Translations under genes and position numbers: made by a program
In this document: positions 24,501 to 39,500 of the stretch, in pieces
Layout: each line of letters starts with the position of its first letter
Position numbering within the stretch: the stretch's first letter is position 1
The notes under the pieces: model-generated
Databases searched by the model: none
What the model saw: only the letters and a program-made list of their open reading frames with translations
Told to the model about the DNA's origin: nothing
Source of the DNA: Botryllus schlosseri
Taxonomy: Eukaryota
Direction of reading: 5' to 3'
Assembly (NCBI GenBank): GCA_051294905.1
Contig: CM119372.1
Span: 7,752,001-7,816,000, forward strand
DNA length: 64,000 bases

Positions 24501-27500
24501 CAAATGACGATCATACAGTCTCCTCGTGTTGACGATTACATGCGTACGATAACCTTGTCGACGAGTCTGGAAGTGCTGTCAATTAGCGAGTCCCTGATCT
24601 GTCGTGAACAGTTGAATACGTTTCAACCCCCGAAACCCCCCCTCTGGCTACACACCTGAATGGCGCCTGCCTATTAGTAGGTTATTACATTAGGTTTGCC
24701 CAATTCTCATCCATATTACTATTAGAAAATTTTATTACGATTCGCAGAAACCTAGACTTCTGTAACTACACAATAAGCAGGTACCTTTGCCCATATGTTT
24801 GTAGCCGGCATATAATTTTAAGATTATATATGACATGACAGCAATTAATACTTTCATTCCCATACTCTGCTGATATCCAGATATCTGCAACTCTAACACA
24901 GTGAGCAGTTACCTTTGCCCACAGCCTACATGTGTAGCAGGCATGAAATTCTTGTAAAATTCCAATACAAATACAATATCCATTGATATTTTTGTTCCCA
25001 CACTCTGCTGATGCCGGGGTATCTGTCACTGTTACCAAGCAAGCAGTTGTCTTCGCCCATATGCTTGTAGATGAAATCCTAATCATATAAATATGATAGC
25101 CATCAACATTGTTATTTACACTCTCCTAACTTTCATTTGCAGGAGCATCATCTTCAGCGAGCAATATCTGCCCAACAAGTGTATGGCGACAAAAAAGTCA
25201 TGGTCATACCTGTGCCAGAAGCTGAAGTTGGTGTGGATTATTACAACAGTATCTACAAGAAACAGTTCCGCCTCCCAAAACAATACATTCATAATCAAGG
25301 TGGGTACGTATGTTGTCGGAACAGTAGTTTGATATGCATGTTATTCTGGCATTTGGCCTGCCAATCACTGAAATCGATGACAACGTTTATATTATGAAAT
25401 TGATGATCCCATGAATCCTTATTGTTGAAATCCATTGCCGTAGTATTACTTGTGATAGAAAAGCAACTTTTTGATCTTGATAATGGTTGCTTCTATGCCA
25501 GTAGGGTGGAGTGAAAAATGGAAAATTTTGAATTTCAAAACGGACACTTGATATGTGGTGGCAAATTGCAAAAAAATAATTTCTATAATAATTTTGGGCT
25601 CGTGCACCCTCTAGTGGTCGTGCAATTTCACCGAACGTGCTAAAAATAGCCAATTTCGTTATATATGGATGACCGCTTACGCTAGAAAGCTGATTTTGGG
25701 CTTAAAAGATGCGGAAACAACAAGTTTCTATCTCACCTCCATTGAACTTTGTCTTAAAAATGAACAAAAAAAAAGTTACAAGCAAATTATTGATTATTAG
25801 TAGGGCGATTTTTTTTTGACATGTCAAAAAAAGTCAAAATTAGGTCAAAATTGTGGCGTTAGGTCAAAATTTGTCAAAATTGTTTACAAAATCAAACATT
25901 TTTTGACCTCTACATTTCGTTTGTATCGTAGATTTTGCGCTGTCTGTGAACTTATCATTTGATAATTTACAGCCTGTAGCCTACTTTATAGCCCTACTGT
26001 TGTAAACGGCCCATCGTCTGCTCATTGTGAATCATAAACGGTCAAATGAAACAAATAGTGACATGGTTTTATGGTCAACTAACCGCAATATCCTACCTGA
26101 AGCAAGACTGCTTGGGCATTGCATGGTTCTTACATCAAGAAGCGCAAGCTGAAAAATTGTGATATAGACAACATTGTCAGAATGAAGCAACACGGTGCAT
26201 CACCAGCAAGCAGTGTGCACACAATTTCAGTGTTGTCAGCTAACAACTGCTGCTGTTGAACGTTCTTTCTCCATTCTTGACAAGCTACTTAGTAAGGACA
26301 GACACTTTCTACCCGAGATAGCGCAGTGGTATAATCCGGGGCTGCAACACCAATGGGTGTGGGTTCGATTCCGACCGAGGTCGACTTCATAATTCCGATA
26401 GCTAAGTGTTGGAGGTTTACCTAGGCTCCTCCTCGCCACCTCATCCGCGTAAGCGGTGTCTTACAAAAAAGCCTAGAGTTGGGCCGTGCTATATGTTGGC
26501 AGTTACGGAAAATAATGAAGAATATCGGCCTGGTGTAAATGACCATAGTAGTTGACAAACACCATGAATACCACAACACAAACAAACAAAACAAACACTT
26601 TCTACCCGAAAATGTAGGAAAGTATCTTTCGTTGTACTACAACAAATTTTAATTATTCCACCATAATACGTAATGTAACTACTGCAATTCTTCATAGGGC
26701 CAGATTTCGTTAAAATACTAGTTTTTTCATGTAAAAATTTGGCAGTTTTTGAGCCGAAAACGTTCTTTCAGGTCAATCTACTTTGTAAGGACAGACAGTT
26801 CTAACCAGAAATGAAGATAAGTAGTACAATTTTAACATTATGTGCGAAAACACCTAATTTGCATACGTGAGGTCAAAATTTGGTCAAATTTCAGTTTTTT
26901 TAGGTCAAAAAAAGTCAAAATTTAGATTTTTTAGGTCAAAATCTTCCGTTTTTTAGGTCAAAAAAAATCGCCCTAATTATTAGACTGTTTTTCGGCAAAA
27001 TTAGACACTGAAGCAGTGGATACGAGGTCAAAAGCGTGTAGTGATTGATCTTATGACCGTCAACTCCATATTGAAAGCACATAAATTGCTAATCCATATT
27101 GAAAACTTGAAAACATTAATTCTATATTGAATAAAGATAGATTTCGAAGATGGTTTCACTACCAGAGTATTAGTCTGCACACACTTTGAAATCCTGTTTC
27201 GAGTTGAAGGATTTCATCTGCCTTCGAGACTTCAGTTTTTGTCTGATTAAGCCATCTCTAGCTACGTTTAGGCCTATATCCCTACACATGAGCATATGCC
27301 TCGGTCAACGCTTTAATGGTGATGGCCTTAGATTTTCCAGCTTGAGATATGACAAGTATTTTATTGCTAATGGCTGTTCCACATCTATTAGATTCAAGTT
27401 GACAATTTGGTGGTATGATTTGGCCTTGACGTTTATGATTGGGATTTTAAACAATCTGATCCTAGCGTCAACGTTGTTTTTAGGTTTTGGTTGATTAACA

Positions 27501-30500
27501 TATCCTCTTTCAAAATAGCCAATTGGAGTCTGGTATTCTGTTTGACCTGCTCATAGTTGTAATCTTGTTAACTGCAAGTCTTCTTAGGCCTTCATCATCA
27601 TCAGCGAGCATTCCCAGAAAAAAACATTTTCTGGATGTGCAAAATATGCCTTTTGTTGTGTCACCAAAGATAGTGCAAGATTACGAAATCATGTATCAGA
27701 AAGCTTTGTAACATGGGAAACTATGTTGTAGAAGTGTATAGCACCATCAACAATTGAAATGTGCATTTTTATTTCAAACCCTGACCGAAAACAAACCTCC
27801 ATGCAGAATTTTGAGGTTCTATGTGCGACAGAGTCATCTATCAAGCAATCTGAAATATCTTGTTCAATTCTGCATGGAGGTTTATTTTCTGTCATGGTTT
27901 GAAATGAAAATGCACAATCACGGATAACTTGGTCCCACATAGCACATGTCAAATTTTGAGGTTCTATGTGCGACAGAGTCATCCATGCAAAAAATATCTT
28001 GCTCAATTCTGCATGGAGGTTTATTTTTGGTCATGGCTTGAAATAAAAATGCACAATTCCATTGTTGATGGTTTAAGTCCTCAGAAGACTTGCAGTTAAC
28101 AAGATTACAACTATGAGCAGATCAAACAGAATACCAGACTCTAATTGGCGACTTTGAAGGAGGATATGATAATAACCGAAACCTAAAAACAACGTTGGCA
28201 CTAGAATCAGATTGTTTAAAGTCCCAATTATAAACATCAAGGCTGAATCATGCTACTAAATTGTCAACTTGAATCCAAAAGATGTGGAACAGCCACCAGC
28301 AATCAAAAACTTGAACTGGAAAATCTAAGGTGATCATCATTAAGGCTCAATCATCCTTGGCCCAACCAGGCAGTGGAAAGAGACGTTAAAATGGTGACAG
28401 AAGCATCTGCCCACGTGTCGGGATTTAAACGTAGAGATGACCTCATCAGACAAAAACTGAACTCTCGAAAGCAGATGAGATTCTTTAATATGATACAAAA
28501 TTTTAAAGATTGTGCAGACTGATACTCTGGTAGTGAAACGATCTTCGAGATCTATCTTTTTTCAATATAGAATTGATGTTTTTGAGTTAGCAATATGGAT
28601 TTGCAATTTATGTGCTTTCATTATGGAGTTGTCAGTCATAGGATCAATCACTACACACTTTTAGCATCGCATCCACTGCTTTAGTCCCTAATTTTACCAA
28701 AAAACAGCCAAAAATCAATAATTTACTCAAAACTTTTTTTCTGTTCATTTTTAAGACAAAGTTCTGTGGAAGTGAGATAGAAACTTGTTGCTTCCGCATC
28801 TTTTAAGCCCAAAATCAGCTTTCTAGCATAAGCGGTCATCCATATATAGCGAAATTAGCTATTTTTGACTCGTTCGGTGAAATTGCACGACCACTAGAGG
28901 GTGCACGAGCCCAAAATTATTATAGAAATTATTTTTTTTATATTTGGCACCACATATCAAGTGTCCGTTTTGAAATTCAAAATTTTCCATTTTTCACTCC
29001 ACCCTACTATGCCAGTGGTTGTCAACCGCCCGTCCACCAAATGTATTACAAGTTGATATCTTGACTTGAAAATGTTAGAAGTAGGACGCTTGTCCATTAA
29101 TCAAAGAAATAAAAAATTAAAGATTAAATTGCTTTGGGTGTATTTTTTGCATGGTGACGTTGCAGAGAGTCCACGGTCTACTTTAGGCGTACACCACAAT
29201 GGCGCAATGTTTTTTGAACGGTACTGTTTGAAAGTAGCCTGCAACTCGTTGCAGTCAAGCTATCCGTGAAATCTACGGATACTTTTAAACAACTTCGTAT
29301 TAAGCAACACTTAGCAGTATAATAGAGGCTATAGCAAACGGCAAAGTCTTTCAAGCGATACACAGATCACAATCAAGTTATCGGTCTTCAACAGACTTTG
29401 CGAGCTTCGCCTGGTAGAAATTTCAATGAAACCACATACATATCCAATATCAGAAAGGCAGCATTAATTAAGTTTCCAATATTACATTCAGGTTGCATAC
29501 ATTTGTCATGATTAAACTAGAGGCTTATTATGATTATAAAAAATTCACCGGTCTGCAACATTTGTTTTGAAATTTCATCGATCCGTGATGATAAAGGTCG
29601 AGAACCGCCGCTCTACTCTATACTTCCATATCATATCACCTTCAGAATCATATTTCACTAGTGCATCGTCACTGTTGTATCAGAGTAGGTTATGTCCCAT
29701 TTTTCACATCTTCCCGTAGATTTTCATTTTCTTTCGACCATATCTTGGCCGTGGTTCCGTTTGTTACATTGATAAGAATGGACATTGGACATAAGCCAGT
29801 CTTGATTGCGGCGGTATGTTGGGTTTTGAGACCTGTGTCTAGGCAAGAGCTTAGCCGGCCGACAAAAAGATATGTGTTTTTAAAAAAGGATTTGTTTGGT
29901 TTCATGTTCAATTACTGATACCACAGCGATCTGATAATCATAACTGTGCTGACAACTTTATAGCCATATAAAAAGACAGAACCCAAGCATATTAAATTAT
30001 AGTTCCACTTTTGTTCACTACGATAATAGCTTGAATAGAGAGAGAGAGAGATGTGAAACACCCGCCTGCCTATGCCACTGTGTGTAGGTAAGTATCAGAT
30101 TATGGTGTATAGGCTACTGTATACAATATTACACTTATCGTTACGCGTCACTCGCCTCCAATGACCTGTTCTAATGTATTCATTTTCCATATTCCATTAG
30201 TTTAAGGAGTTTTTGATCAATGGCTGTTGTGCAAATTGCCGATCCTATTCTGTGTTCAACATGGTAACCTGTATCTTTCAGCTCAAGCCCTTAACTCCAT
30301 TATGGAGCAAGAGAAACCGGATTACGATATGGACAGTGACGACGAACGTTGGGTGCGCGACACCAACAAGCGCACCGGCCTGGAGATCTCAGATATCCAG
30401 TTTGAGGAGATGATCGACAGATTGGAAAAGTCTTGTGGGAACCAGGTACAAGACCAGCGTTAACCCTAGTCTCACACACGGTTAATTTGTAACTGATTCC

Positions 30501-33500
30501 GAGGTGATTAAAATAGATCCTTGCGTGTTGGACGACGTTTCGTTTGATACAAACGTTCCGCATCTTGAACCGAGCTTTTTCATTCAGGTGGTCAGTCTCC
30601 AGGAAGCGAAGCTACTTCTCAAAGAGGACGATGATTTAATCAAAGCTGTCTATGATTATTGGCTTCAAAGAAGGGCCAAGTCAAACAGCGGTTCGATTAC
30701 ATTCCAAGTAAGATTTTGTGCTAGGTCTCTGCAGCGGTTCTAAATAGTAAGGTGGGTCGCTGATTGTTATGGTATAAGATGCAGCAGTCCTTTTCAATGT
30801 TGAATCCAGGGTCCAGGCCGCATCTGTATCAGTATTGAGTATTTGCTTAGCTAATTAACAAAACTAAATCCAGTATCGTTGATTTACAAAAGTGCGAAAT
30901 ATGCCGATTCTCCCACTAGCTGTGACTAACAGAACAATAAAGACATGTTGATTATTACTTTTGCTAATACCGCTTCACCGGATATTAAGCAGTAAGCACC
31001 GTATTGTATTTGTGCGACTGTAAAATATTTCACGAGAGTTTAATAGACCTAAGCAAGATTTATAAATTTCGTAACTGCACTATTTTGTTAAAGTGATGTT
31101 TGTGATGGTCATGTAGCAATGCCGTCTGTATGCAAAGCATTACTCTGTTTCGAGGCTTGTAGGAATTGCTGCTCTAAATTTTAGTGTCAGTGTGTCCGTT
31201 AGCTGGTAACTGCATATAGGAGATTATGTTTTATGATTATGCAGTTTCCTTCACTCCCTTCCTAGTTTTAATGTGTAATGAAGTTTAGGCTGCGCCATTC
31301 TGCCATACCTACATCTTATAGGTGGTCAAGTTATGTCACACGCATGTGATTGCTGGATATGTGTCTCGATATACTCAATGTCTTGATGATGGGTGCCAGA
31401 AATATATTGCAAAGTCTTGAGATTTATTGTTTTTATTCCTTCATTGTTGCAAGTCAAATTCGCAGCAAAATCATGACCAATTCCTGGGTCTGCTTTGATT
31501 TGATGAAACATATCATACTTTGCTTGATGCAGGTGAGGCAAGAGAGACGTGATGGCTCTTCCAGCGGGGACTCGTACGTTGCTTTCCGTAGGCGGACCGA
31601 GAAAATGCAGACGCGAAAGGTGTGTGTTTTGTCACCGAGGCGTATCGCTCTTTTCTTATGTATTCTCTCCCCAGAACCGTAAAAACGACGAGGCCTCGTA
31701 CGAGAAGATGCTCAAGTTGAGACGGGATTTGACGCGCGCCGTGACGATCTTGGAGATGGTGAAGAGGAGAGAGAAATGCAAATGCGAACTGCTTCACCTG
31801 ACATTGGAAGTCGCGGAAAAACGGTACGATTTAACCGCTGTGAACAGACTTGTACGAAATACCAATATAGTCGGTTGACGCTCAACGGAGTGCTGGTTTT
31901 TTGAGTAGTTCTAATACTAGCTACTGGTACTGCTGTTCTAGGTGACGTTCAACTGACTGCTGGTCCAGTTCTAGTTCGGATTTTGAAAAGTGATTAGTTT
32001 TAGTTCTAGTTGCACATAGAAGTAATTTAGTTGCCGAACAACTAAAAAACTAGTGTGGTCATTTGGCGTGAATCTCAATACTGGTGTTCTGGTGTGTGAT
32101 GTTCTGCAGCCATTGCTAGCTCATAATCATCACTGCAAACAGTGGTGTAGCCAGCGGGTGGGCTTTGTGGGTCAAGGCCCCTCCCGTTTCAAACTAGAAA
32201 CCCCGTCTTTTTGGAAGCCGATTCGTGTCCGATAAGATAAAAATGAACGGTTTCCTTTGAAATTTAATCTATTTGGTTACTGTAGTAACGATTTTTAAAG
32301 GTGGTCAGTTCTAGGTACGAGATTTGAAAAGCATTCTAGTTCTAGTTGCGCATTTTGAAAATCCATTAGTTTGTGCAAGTGTGACTGCGAATGGTATTAC
32401 GGTCAACCTTTTGATGTCCAATCGTAATATTTCAACTACCAGGTACCAAATGAGAGACTGGGACGGCAAGGGACTGAAGATGGCCAAGCGGGAGCTGGCG
32501 ATCGGTCAGGGCAACCTGAAAGCGATCACCGGCAAAGTGAAACATCTCTCTGGGAGTAAAGCGGCCGGCGCCAACGCGGCCACTGCCGTGAAGCACCGCA
32601 TCAAGTCCGAGATCGAAAGGTTCGGAAATCGAGTTTGCCGTCGATATGTTTGAGATTTTGTAATTGTCCCGTTGGAATTCTAGGGAAAAAATGAGGCGGT
32701 ATAAGAAGAAAGATAAGATTCGGATGGGTGCGAATGCTTCTGCCCCGGTGTCGTCCACTCCCTCCGTTATGGCGACTAGCATTTCATCGTTGCCCGGCTC
32801 GCACGTTGGTATCCAAAAGAAGGTACGATGCCTTTGAGGCGTTTCCTACACCTCTATATAATTGGATAGTATTTTCATGTCAAAATGACCCGGAATATTA
32901 TCGGCTGACGCACGTCAGAGGTAATCGTCAGTGGCTAGTAGAGTCAAAAAGAATTTTGTATATCGGCAATCGTATACGATAAACGTTGCTCATGAGAATT
33001 TAGTTACTGACGAGTGTCACACGAAAATCTTTGGGTATATTTCAATAAGAATATATTGCTGTATTGTATGTTGAAGTTACGTGCCTCCAGGAGTCTCCTT
33101 GCTGTACCCACTTTAACTGGCAATCGTGATTTCTTCGGCAGAGCGTTGCGTTCCAAGCTAAGTCTGTGAGTTACTCGAACCTGACTTACGAGCAGGCGGT
33201 CGACACGATGAAACAGTACGAGTTTCATTCGAGCGACGAGGAGGTCGTAAGACCTAAAAGCCCTGTGAGTTTGCGGGTCTTGGTACAATTATGTCTTGCA
33301 TTGACGTTGTTTTTTTCCGTTTCCTTCCAGGTTTCTGGATCTGTGGCGCCCGCGGACGATCGAAAGAAAAATCCAGACGGACTATACGCGTTCCGCAGGA
33401 AGCCCGGATGCAAATACGAAGCTGTAAGGACGATGGAATTGACAATGTGGCTATAGTAGTTTGAAATTACTTGGTATGTGTCTGTGTTTAGCCTCGAGAC

Positions 33501-36500
33501 GATCTCGCTGGCGATCACTGGCCGTGGATGACGGACGAACGGCACCGTTACTCATTAACGACGTTGACGATACCGGAGAAATGCATGGGACTTTGTCGTC
33601 GAAGGTGAGACACTGTCAGGTGTTGCGACGCTCTGACTGTTTTCTGTGCGAGGGGATCGATGTAGTAAGCTTTGCTACTCCAGTAGAAGTAAAAGCAACA
33701 CCGGGAATTGCTGCTCGATTACAAGTAGTTTTACAGAAAACACAAAATTATTAATGACACTGCAAATATGTACAATCTTCGAAAATGTGTCCAGTTCTGT
33801 AAAACGATGGGTGTTTCACCCTGTTCTTAATAACAAATTTACTCGTAAAAAAGATGGAGATTCGTTGGTAAACTGCTTTCTGCTTTGCAGAATCTAAACT
33901 GTGCAGATTATGTAGTATTACCTAAAAGGTTGTCGAGTACAAGTGGACGTAGTCTAAGACAGTGGTTCTCAACCTTTTTGTCTTTGCGGACCCCTTTTGG
34001 ACCGTCAAGGACCCCACGGACCCCCGAAGTTTTAGTTCAAATTTAGCTCAATTTGGCGAGATAGCGTAGTGGTATAATCCCCAGCAGCAACACCACTGGG
34101 GTTGCGGGTTCAGGTCCAACCGAGATGGACTCCAGATTACCTACCCAAGTGTTGGAGGTTTATCTGAGTTACTCCTCGCCATCTCATCCGTGTAAGCGGT
34201 GGCTTATAAAAGCCTAGATTCGGGTCAGCAGCCACGGAATAAAAATGAAGAAAATTGGCCTGGTGAGAATGACCATAGTAGTCGACAAACACCATGGATA
34301 CCACAGACAAGCTCAATCAATAATCGTACAACCGTCATCTGTGTTTTGCGAATAATGATTGCAGGCTAGTGTCAAATAGCAACAAATTAGCATCACACTA
34401 ATTATGTGGGAATTTGGTAGACGGTAGCGAATTCTGCAGCTCATTTTTTGAGTTTACATGGTCGTATCTTGGAAATCCGCCCCTTCGATTTGATATGAAC
34501 GAGTGCCGAAAATTTATTTCTACAAGTATAGGTGGTGACGAATGGTATAATAACGGGCACCGACGACCCCTTTGAGTATGATCGCAGCATATATACCACC
34601 GAAATTGAGACTCAGGTTTTTCATTGAACAGATAACGTCCATCCTAGTCATTTCTATCTAGCAGCTCATCTTGAAGTTGTTTTGGGATAGTGGTTATGTA
34701 TGTCACCGGAAGAATGGATTTATGCAAACATTTGAGGTCACACTCAGGCGCGTAGCCAGAGGGGGGGTTTCGGGGGTCGGTACCCCCTCCTTTAGAAGCG
34801 TGAAACCCCCTTCTTAAACGCGAAACCCCTTTCTTTTGAAATGATCGTTCTGACGCTAATGGTCGGTTGCAATTCAATAAGTCGTATTATCAGTGTTGAG
34901 TGCGGCAAATTAGCGAAAGGCGTGTAGCCAATCAGCGTCCGTGCGCGATGGACTGCACAATGTAACGCGACACGATCATCCGCTGAGATGATTGCGAAAT
35001 TAGGTCATTCATTGCCGCGTGCTCGGCAATAGTTGCTAGCCTGATTTGTCGCGTCTCCAACAAGCCTAGTTCCGCTGGCTTGAATAATCTCATCTGCTAT
35101 AGGCCCGGTGTGCACGATATCATCGCTGACCCACACAACCGCATCTGCAAGCGGCCTAGTATACGAAAGATATCGCTAGCCTAACTACCGCGTCTCGGGC
35201 CTACCATGCTTTGGCTCATATTTCCCGATGGCTCGGATAAAATGGCCGTTAAGGATATGCTGATTAGCGATTGTGATTAAAGAGTGACATCTCGAAACTG
35301 AATTACATCGAATGTGCGCAAACATATGCGACGCGTGCGTACGTACATGCGTAATTGATTTCCGTTAATACTTGAACATAACCATCAAAAGCTGTTTGTC
35401 AAGGCTAAAAAGAGGTAAGGTTTGAACCACCTGAAATCGGCGTCATTATAGCCCGTATTCCATAAAAACTCGTACATTTTGAATTGCGCAAATCGTCGCA
35501 GAGGCTATGTAAGACGTAAGACGCATTGCTAAGCGCGCGTATTTAGTTGTTCGACGTTCGACGCATTGATAAGCGCACGATATCATTGGTTGGCCTACAC
35601 AATCGCATCTGCAATAGGCCTAATACGAAAGATATATCAATAGATCCTCGCTAGCCTAACTCCATCGCTAGCCTAACTATCGCGTCTCGGGCCTAGCATG
35701 GTTTGGCTCCTATCTCTCGATGGCTTAGAGACCATGCCGTTGATTGTATGCTGATTAGCGATTGTGATTAAAGAGTGACATCGCGAAACTGAAAGACATC
35801 GAATGTCCGTAAACATGTGCGACGTGTGCGTAATATATCTCCGTTAATACTTAAACTTAACCATCAGAATATGTGTAATTTGTGTATCGACTTGAGTTAT
35901 AAAATAGGACAGGTTTGAAGCACATGAAATCGGCGTCATTATGGCACATATTCCCCAAAATCTCGGACATTTCGACTTGCGCAAATAGTCGACGAGGCTG
36001 CGTTGATGAGCGCGCGTATTTAATTGTTCGACGCTTTGATAAGCGCAGGTATTTAATTGTTGACGACAGATCAGGGAGTCGCTAATTAACAGTACTTCCG
36101 GACTCGTCGACAAGCTTATCAAACGCGTATAATCGCGAACACGAGGAGATTGTATAATGTATTATCGTCATTTACGCATGTACTTAACCCTAATGAAATG
36201 ACGCTATATTAAGTAAATTCGCAAAACATCGAAACCCCGCCCTTCTATTTTAAAATCCCTTCCTTATTTTTCGGCTGGCTACGCGCCTGGTCACACTAAT
36301 TGACCTTATTATTCCAACTTTTTCATTTTTTCCACAAACCCCGACAAACATCTCTAAACGGCAATATATTTTTATCAGCAGGCTATTGGCAATTTGGCAA
36401 TTAAAATGAGTTTGCACAGTTGGATATTTCATCTCAGACGGCCATTCTGTTGATGTGAGTCATGAAGTTGTAGCAGTAACGAAGCGAAACTGCCTCGTAA

Positions 36501-39500
36501 CAACCAATCAGTTTGCAAGTTTAGAGGCTTCGCGGACCCCCTGAAAATGCTTCGCGGATCCCCGGTTGAGAACCACTGGTCTAAGATATAACAGACTTGA
36601 GTATACAATACAGGACATTGAAGAAAAACCTGCTTTAGCACTCCAAAATTGTAGAAACACCTTGTTACTGACCATATGGTGTGGTTTGCAGGGTCGGTCG
36701 GGGAGGGAGAATCATGCTGGACCGCGCACACTCGTCGCGTAGCAGGCAGTTTGCCGAAATCGACCTGCATCCCGACTCTAACCACCTACCTCACAAGCAA
36801 GACCTGCAAGAACTTTTACAAGGTATGAATACTCGATTTCGTTTGACGAGCGGTATCACTCACGCCTCAATTCGCTCGCAGAAATTAAGCACGGGCGTTG
36901 GAGGCGCTATCGGCCGTACAGTTCGTCTCCGCGCAAACAGCAGAGGTCGCCTCGTCACGATCTGGGGGATAAAATACCGGTGGAAAGTACGCCGACAAAG
37001 GCGTTTGGTCAATCATCTGTTGGACTAGCGAATCACTTCAACAACAAAGGTACCGACTACGCGTTTCCATGCCGTCTTTTTTTCATTTCTGCGGAATTTA
37101 GTTTGTAGGTCGAGGATACCCAACCTTTTCACACCGTGGCATCCCAATTTTTTCAACCTTGTGAAAAAATGACGGAACTGTATTTTAATTGAAAAATTGC
37201 CGGAATCGGCAGTTATAATTATAAAATGATATAAACTGGAAAAGAAAGAACGTAGTTAATTTTTTGTCCTAGATGTTTTTACACCGACTCATGATATACA
37301 TACACATGATCTGTGCCTAGGCATATCATGAGTGCATGATGCGTCAAGTGGGCGAAGTGATGGATGCCAGTGTTACTAATCAGGTCTTTGGTCTGACCCG
37401 GCCGGGGTTGGAAACTACTGATGTGGAGATGTTAGCTAGTAGTGAACACTGAACAGCATGGTTTAGGAATACCATCATGACACCGGTAGTGGCATGTGAT
37501 TTCTAATTGTGTATATAACTTTGTGCCTTTCTCTCGTCAGGCCTCTTGCATAAACGATTGAGTACCAAAGGCCATACAAAATCGCCTCAAAAGAAATCAC
37601 CGCAGAAACGTATAAACGGTGAGTCTGCTGCATTTTATGTGCTTTACTGGCAAACAGTAGTAGTGCCTGCCTGCGTTTGTAGGTTTGTTTGTAGTCTTTC
37701 CCGTCGAGTTCACACGTATTTTTCACACACCCTGGTGCTATGTTTGAGGTTTTGAACGATTTGCTGGGATCCGTTATCTAAGGCCGTATTTTTCATTACG
37801 AAATCACTATCATTATTGAGTTTGGTGCCTTTTGTCTAGTTCGAGGATCTCAGTTGGACAAACCTACTGCCCTCTTCGCTGTCTCAGCCTTGGTCACTTC
37901 AGGTGAGACCAGATGCTAGTTATCTCACATGCGGCTTTTGTTTCTACTCTGGCTTGTTTCCGCTTTTCCTTCCCCCAACCACGTAATGTCCCTGTTCCGG
38001 CTCTGTTCTTTCGACTAACGCCTGATGCATGAGTTTCGTTTGAATTTCACCGGGCAGAACGTGCTTGGTGATAGCCCGGGTGATCGTTTCAAATTACATT
38101 GATTTGCTGTCTGCAGTGCGGGCTGCGTCTTCAAAGTGAAATCGATAACATTTATTTGGTCGTATTAGAGCTGTCGTCTGATTTGTCACTTTGTGGGGAT
38201 TGTTTACGGCATGGCTCACAATCGTTTACGTTTATGTTTCCTCATTTCCATCTCCTGAAAATGTAGACCCCAGATCATTTGGAATATTGTTGGGTTATAA
38301 ACAGAGCTGCAATTGACATGGATCAAAAACTTACTACAGCGCAAACACTCTGAGTAGCCTAATCACCCGTTCACAGCCCACTTGGGTAGCTGATGACTGA
38401 AAGAAATCTTGTAAATATGGACAATGCAGCTTTATAAGTTTCCTAGCTTTTCAAAAGAAGAATTAATCTTTGAAATCAGGACGATATTATGGTGACCCTA
38501 GTCAGCAATAGCAATTTAACGATTGGAAATGTTTCTGAAACGATTCAATATCGAAACATACATTTCTAACGCCCTGTCTCTCATCGTTCGCAGATTCCTC
38601 GCCGAATCCAAAGTCGCGCGCAAAATGTCCCAGGCCCCAACAAGTCCGGTTGAGTCTCGTGTCGTCGACATCTTCGAATTTCGTCAACTCGGTCGGAGGC
38701 GCCGCCGGGATGACGTTTATCGGCAACATCACCGGTCAGTCGCCAGGCAAGTACTCGTCCAACGTGCCCGCGTCGCAGCTGGGCCAGTCGGTCACGCTCA
38801 AGAAGGGCGGCCGCCTGAATTTAGACCCGAGCAAGCTCGGGCACGCCACGCTGATGCCGGTTACGGGCTCGAAACCAAAGCCGCTCACCGCCACCTCGGT
38901 CACTCTGACTGTGACCGGACCGCCTTCGAAGGTCTCCCTGACCAACGCGTGCGGGTCGCAAACATCCAGTAACAGTAGCCCCGTGACAACGACCCACTTG
39001 TTGAACAGCAGGACATCTGTCAAAACCGGGGCGCTCTCGACCGATTCTTTGGGCGAAACGCCGGGGCACAAGTCTGTAAGTAACATGCCTGTGGTCATGG
39101 CTACTTTGAGAATCGGAAATACGGGGAGTACTACCGGGACAACGACGCTGCAGGCCCAGGCCACGACGGGGGTCGCTTTGAATTCGCACACGACGCTCAG
39201 CGGTACGCTCGGTCACAGTAATCAAGGCGGTAATAATTCCGATACAGGGATGCTGTATATCGCCCCTCCGACAAGGTCGCAGTCTACAAAAGGTGTTGCC
39301 GAGTATCAGCTGTCCGGAAATCTGCCCTTGTCCGGCGTTAATACGACCACGCTGGTCCCGTCGCAGTACAAACCAGGTCAGCACGGAGTGTTGCTCGGTC
39401 ATCAAGGCTCGTTGAATCTGGCGCTGACCCCCGCCACGCCGCAAAAGCACTTGGGGCTGTCTCAGCTGTCGATACCGAACAGCAGCGGGCACACCCCGAC

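Larger units (their letters stand above)
25502..29006. mobile_element. Palindromic fold-back hAT-type (hATm-like) element with transposase C-terminal relics in both arms
   Basis: TAGGGTGGAGTGAAAAATGG...CCATTTTTCACTCCACCCTA; 9-bp TSD CTATGCCAG at 25493-25501 and 29007-29015; the arms are complementary to the centre at ~27700-28050. Confidence 0.85.
33960..36578. mobile_element. Charlie-like hAT MITE hosting nested insertions
   Basis: CAGTGGTTCTCAACC...GGTTGAGAACCACTG; 8-bp TSD GTCTAAGA at 33952-33959 and 36579-36586. Confidence 0.9.

Noticed and set aside
38523..39492. Overlapping ORFs of 149, 151 and 223 aa
   Set aside because: Shadow frames of the GC-rich EPC last exon.
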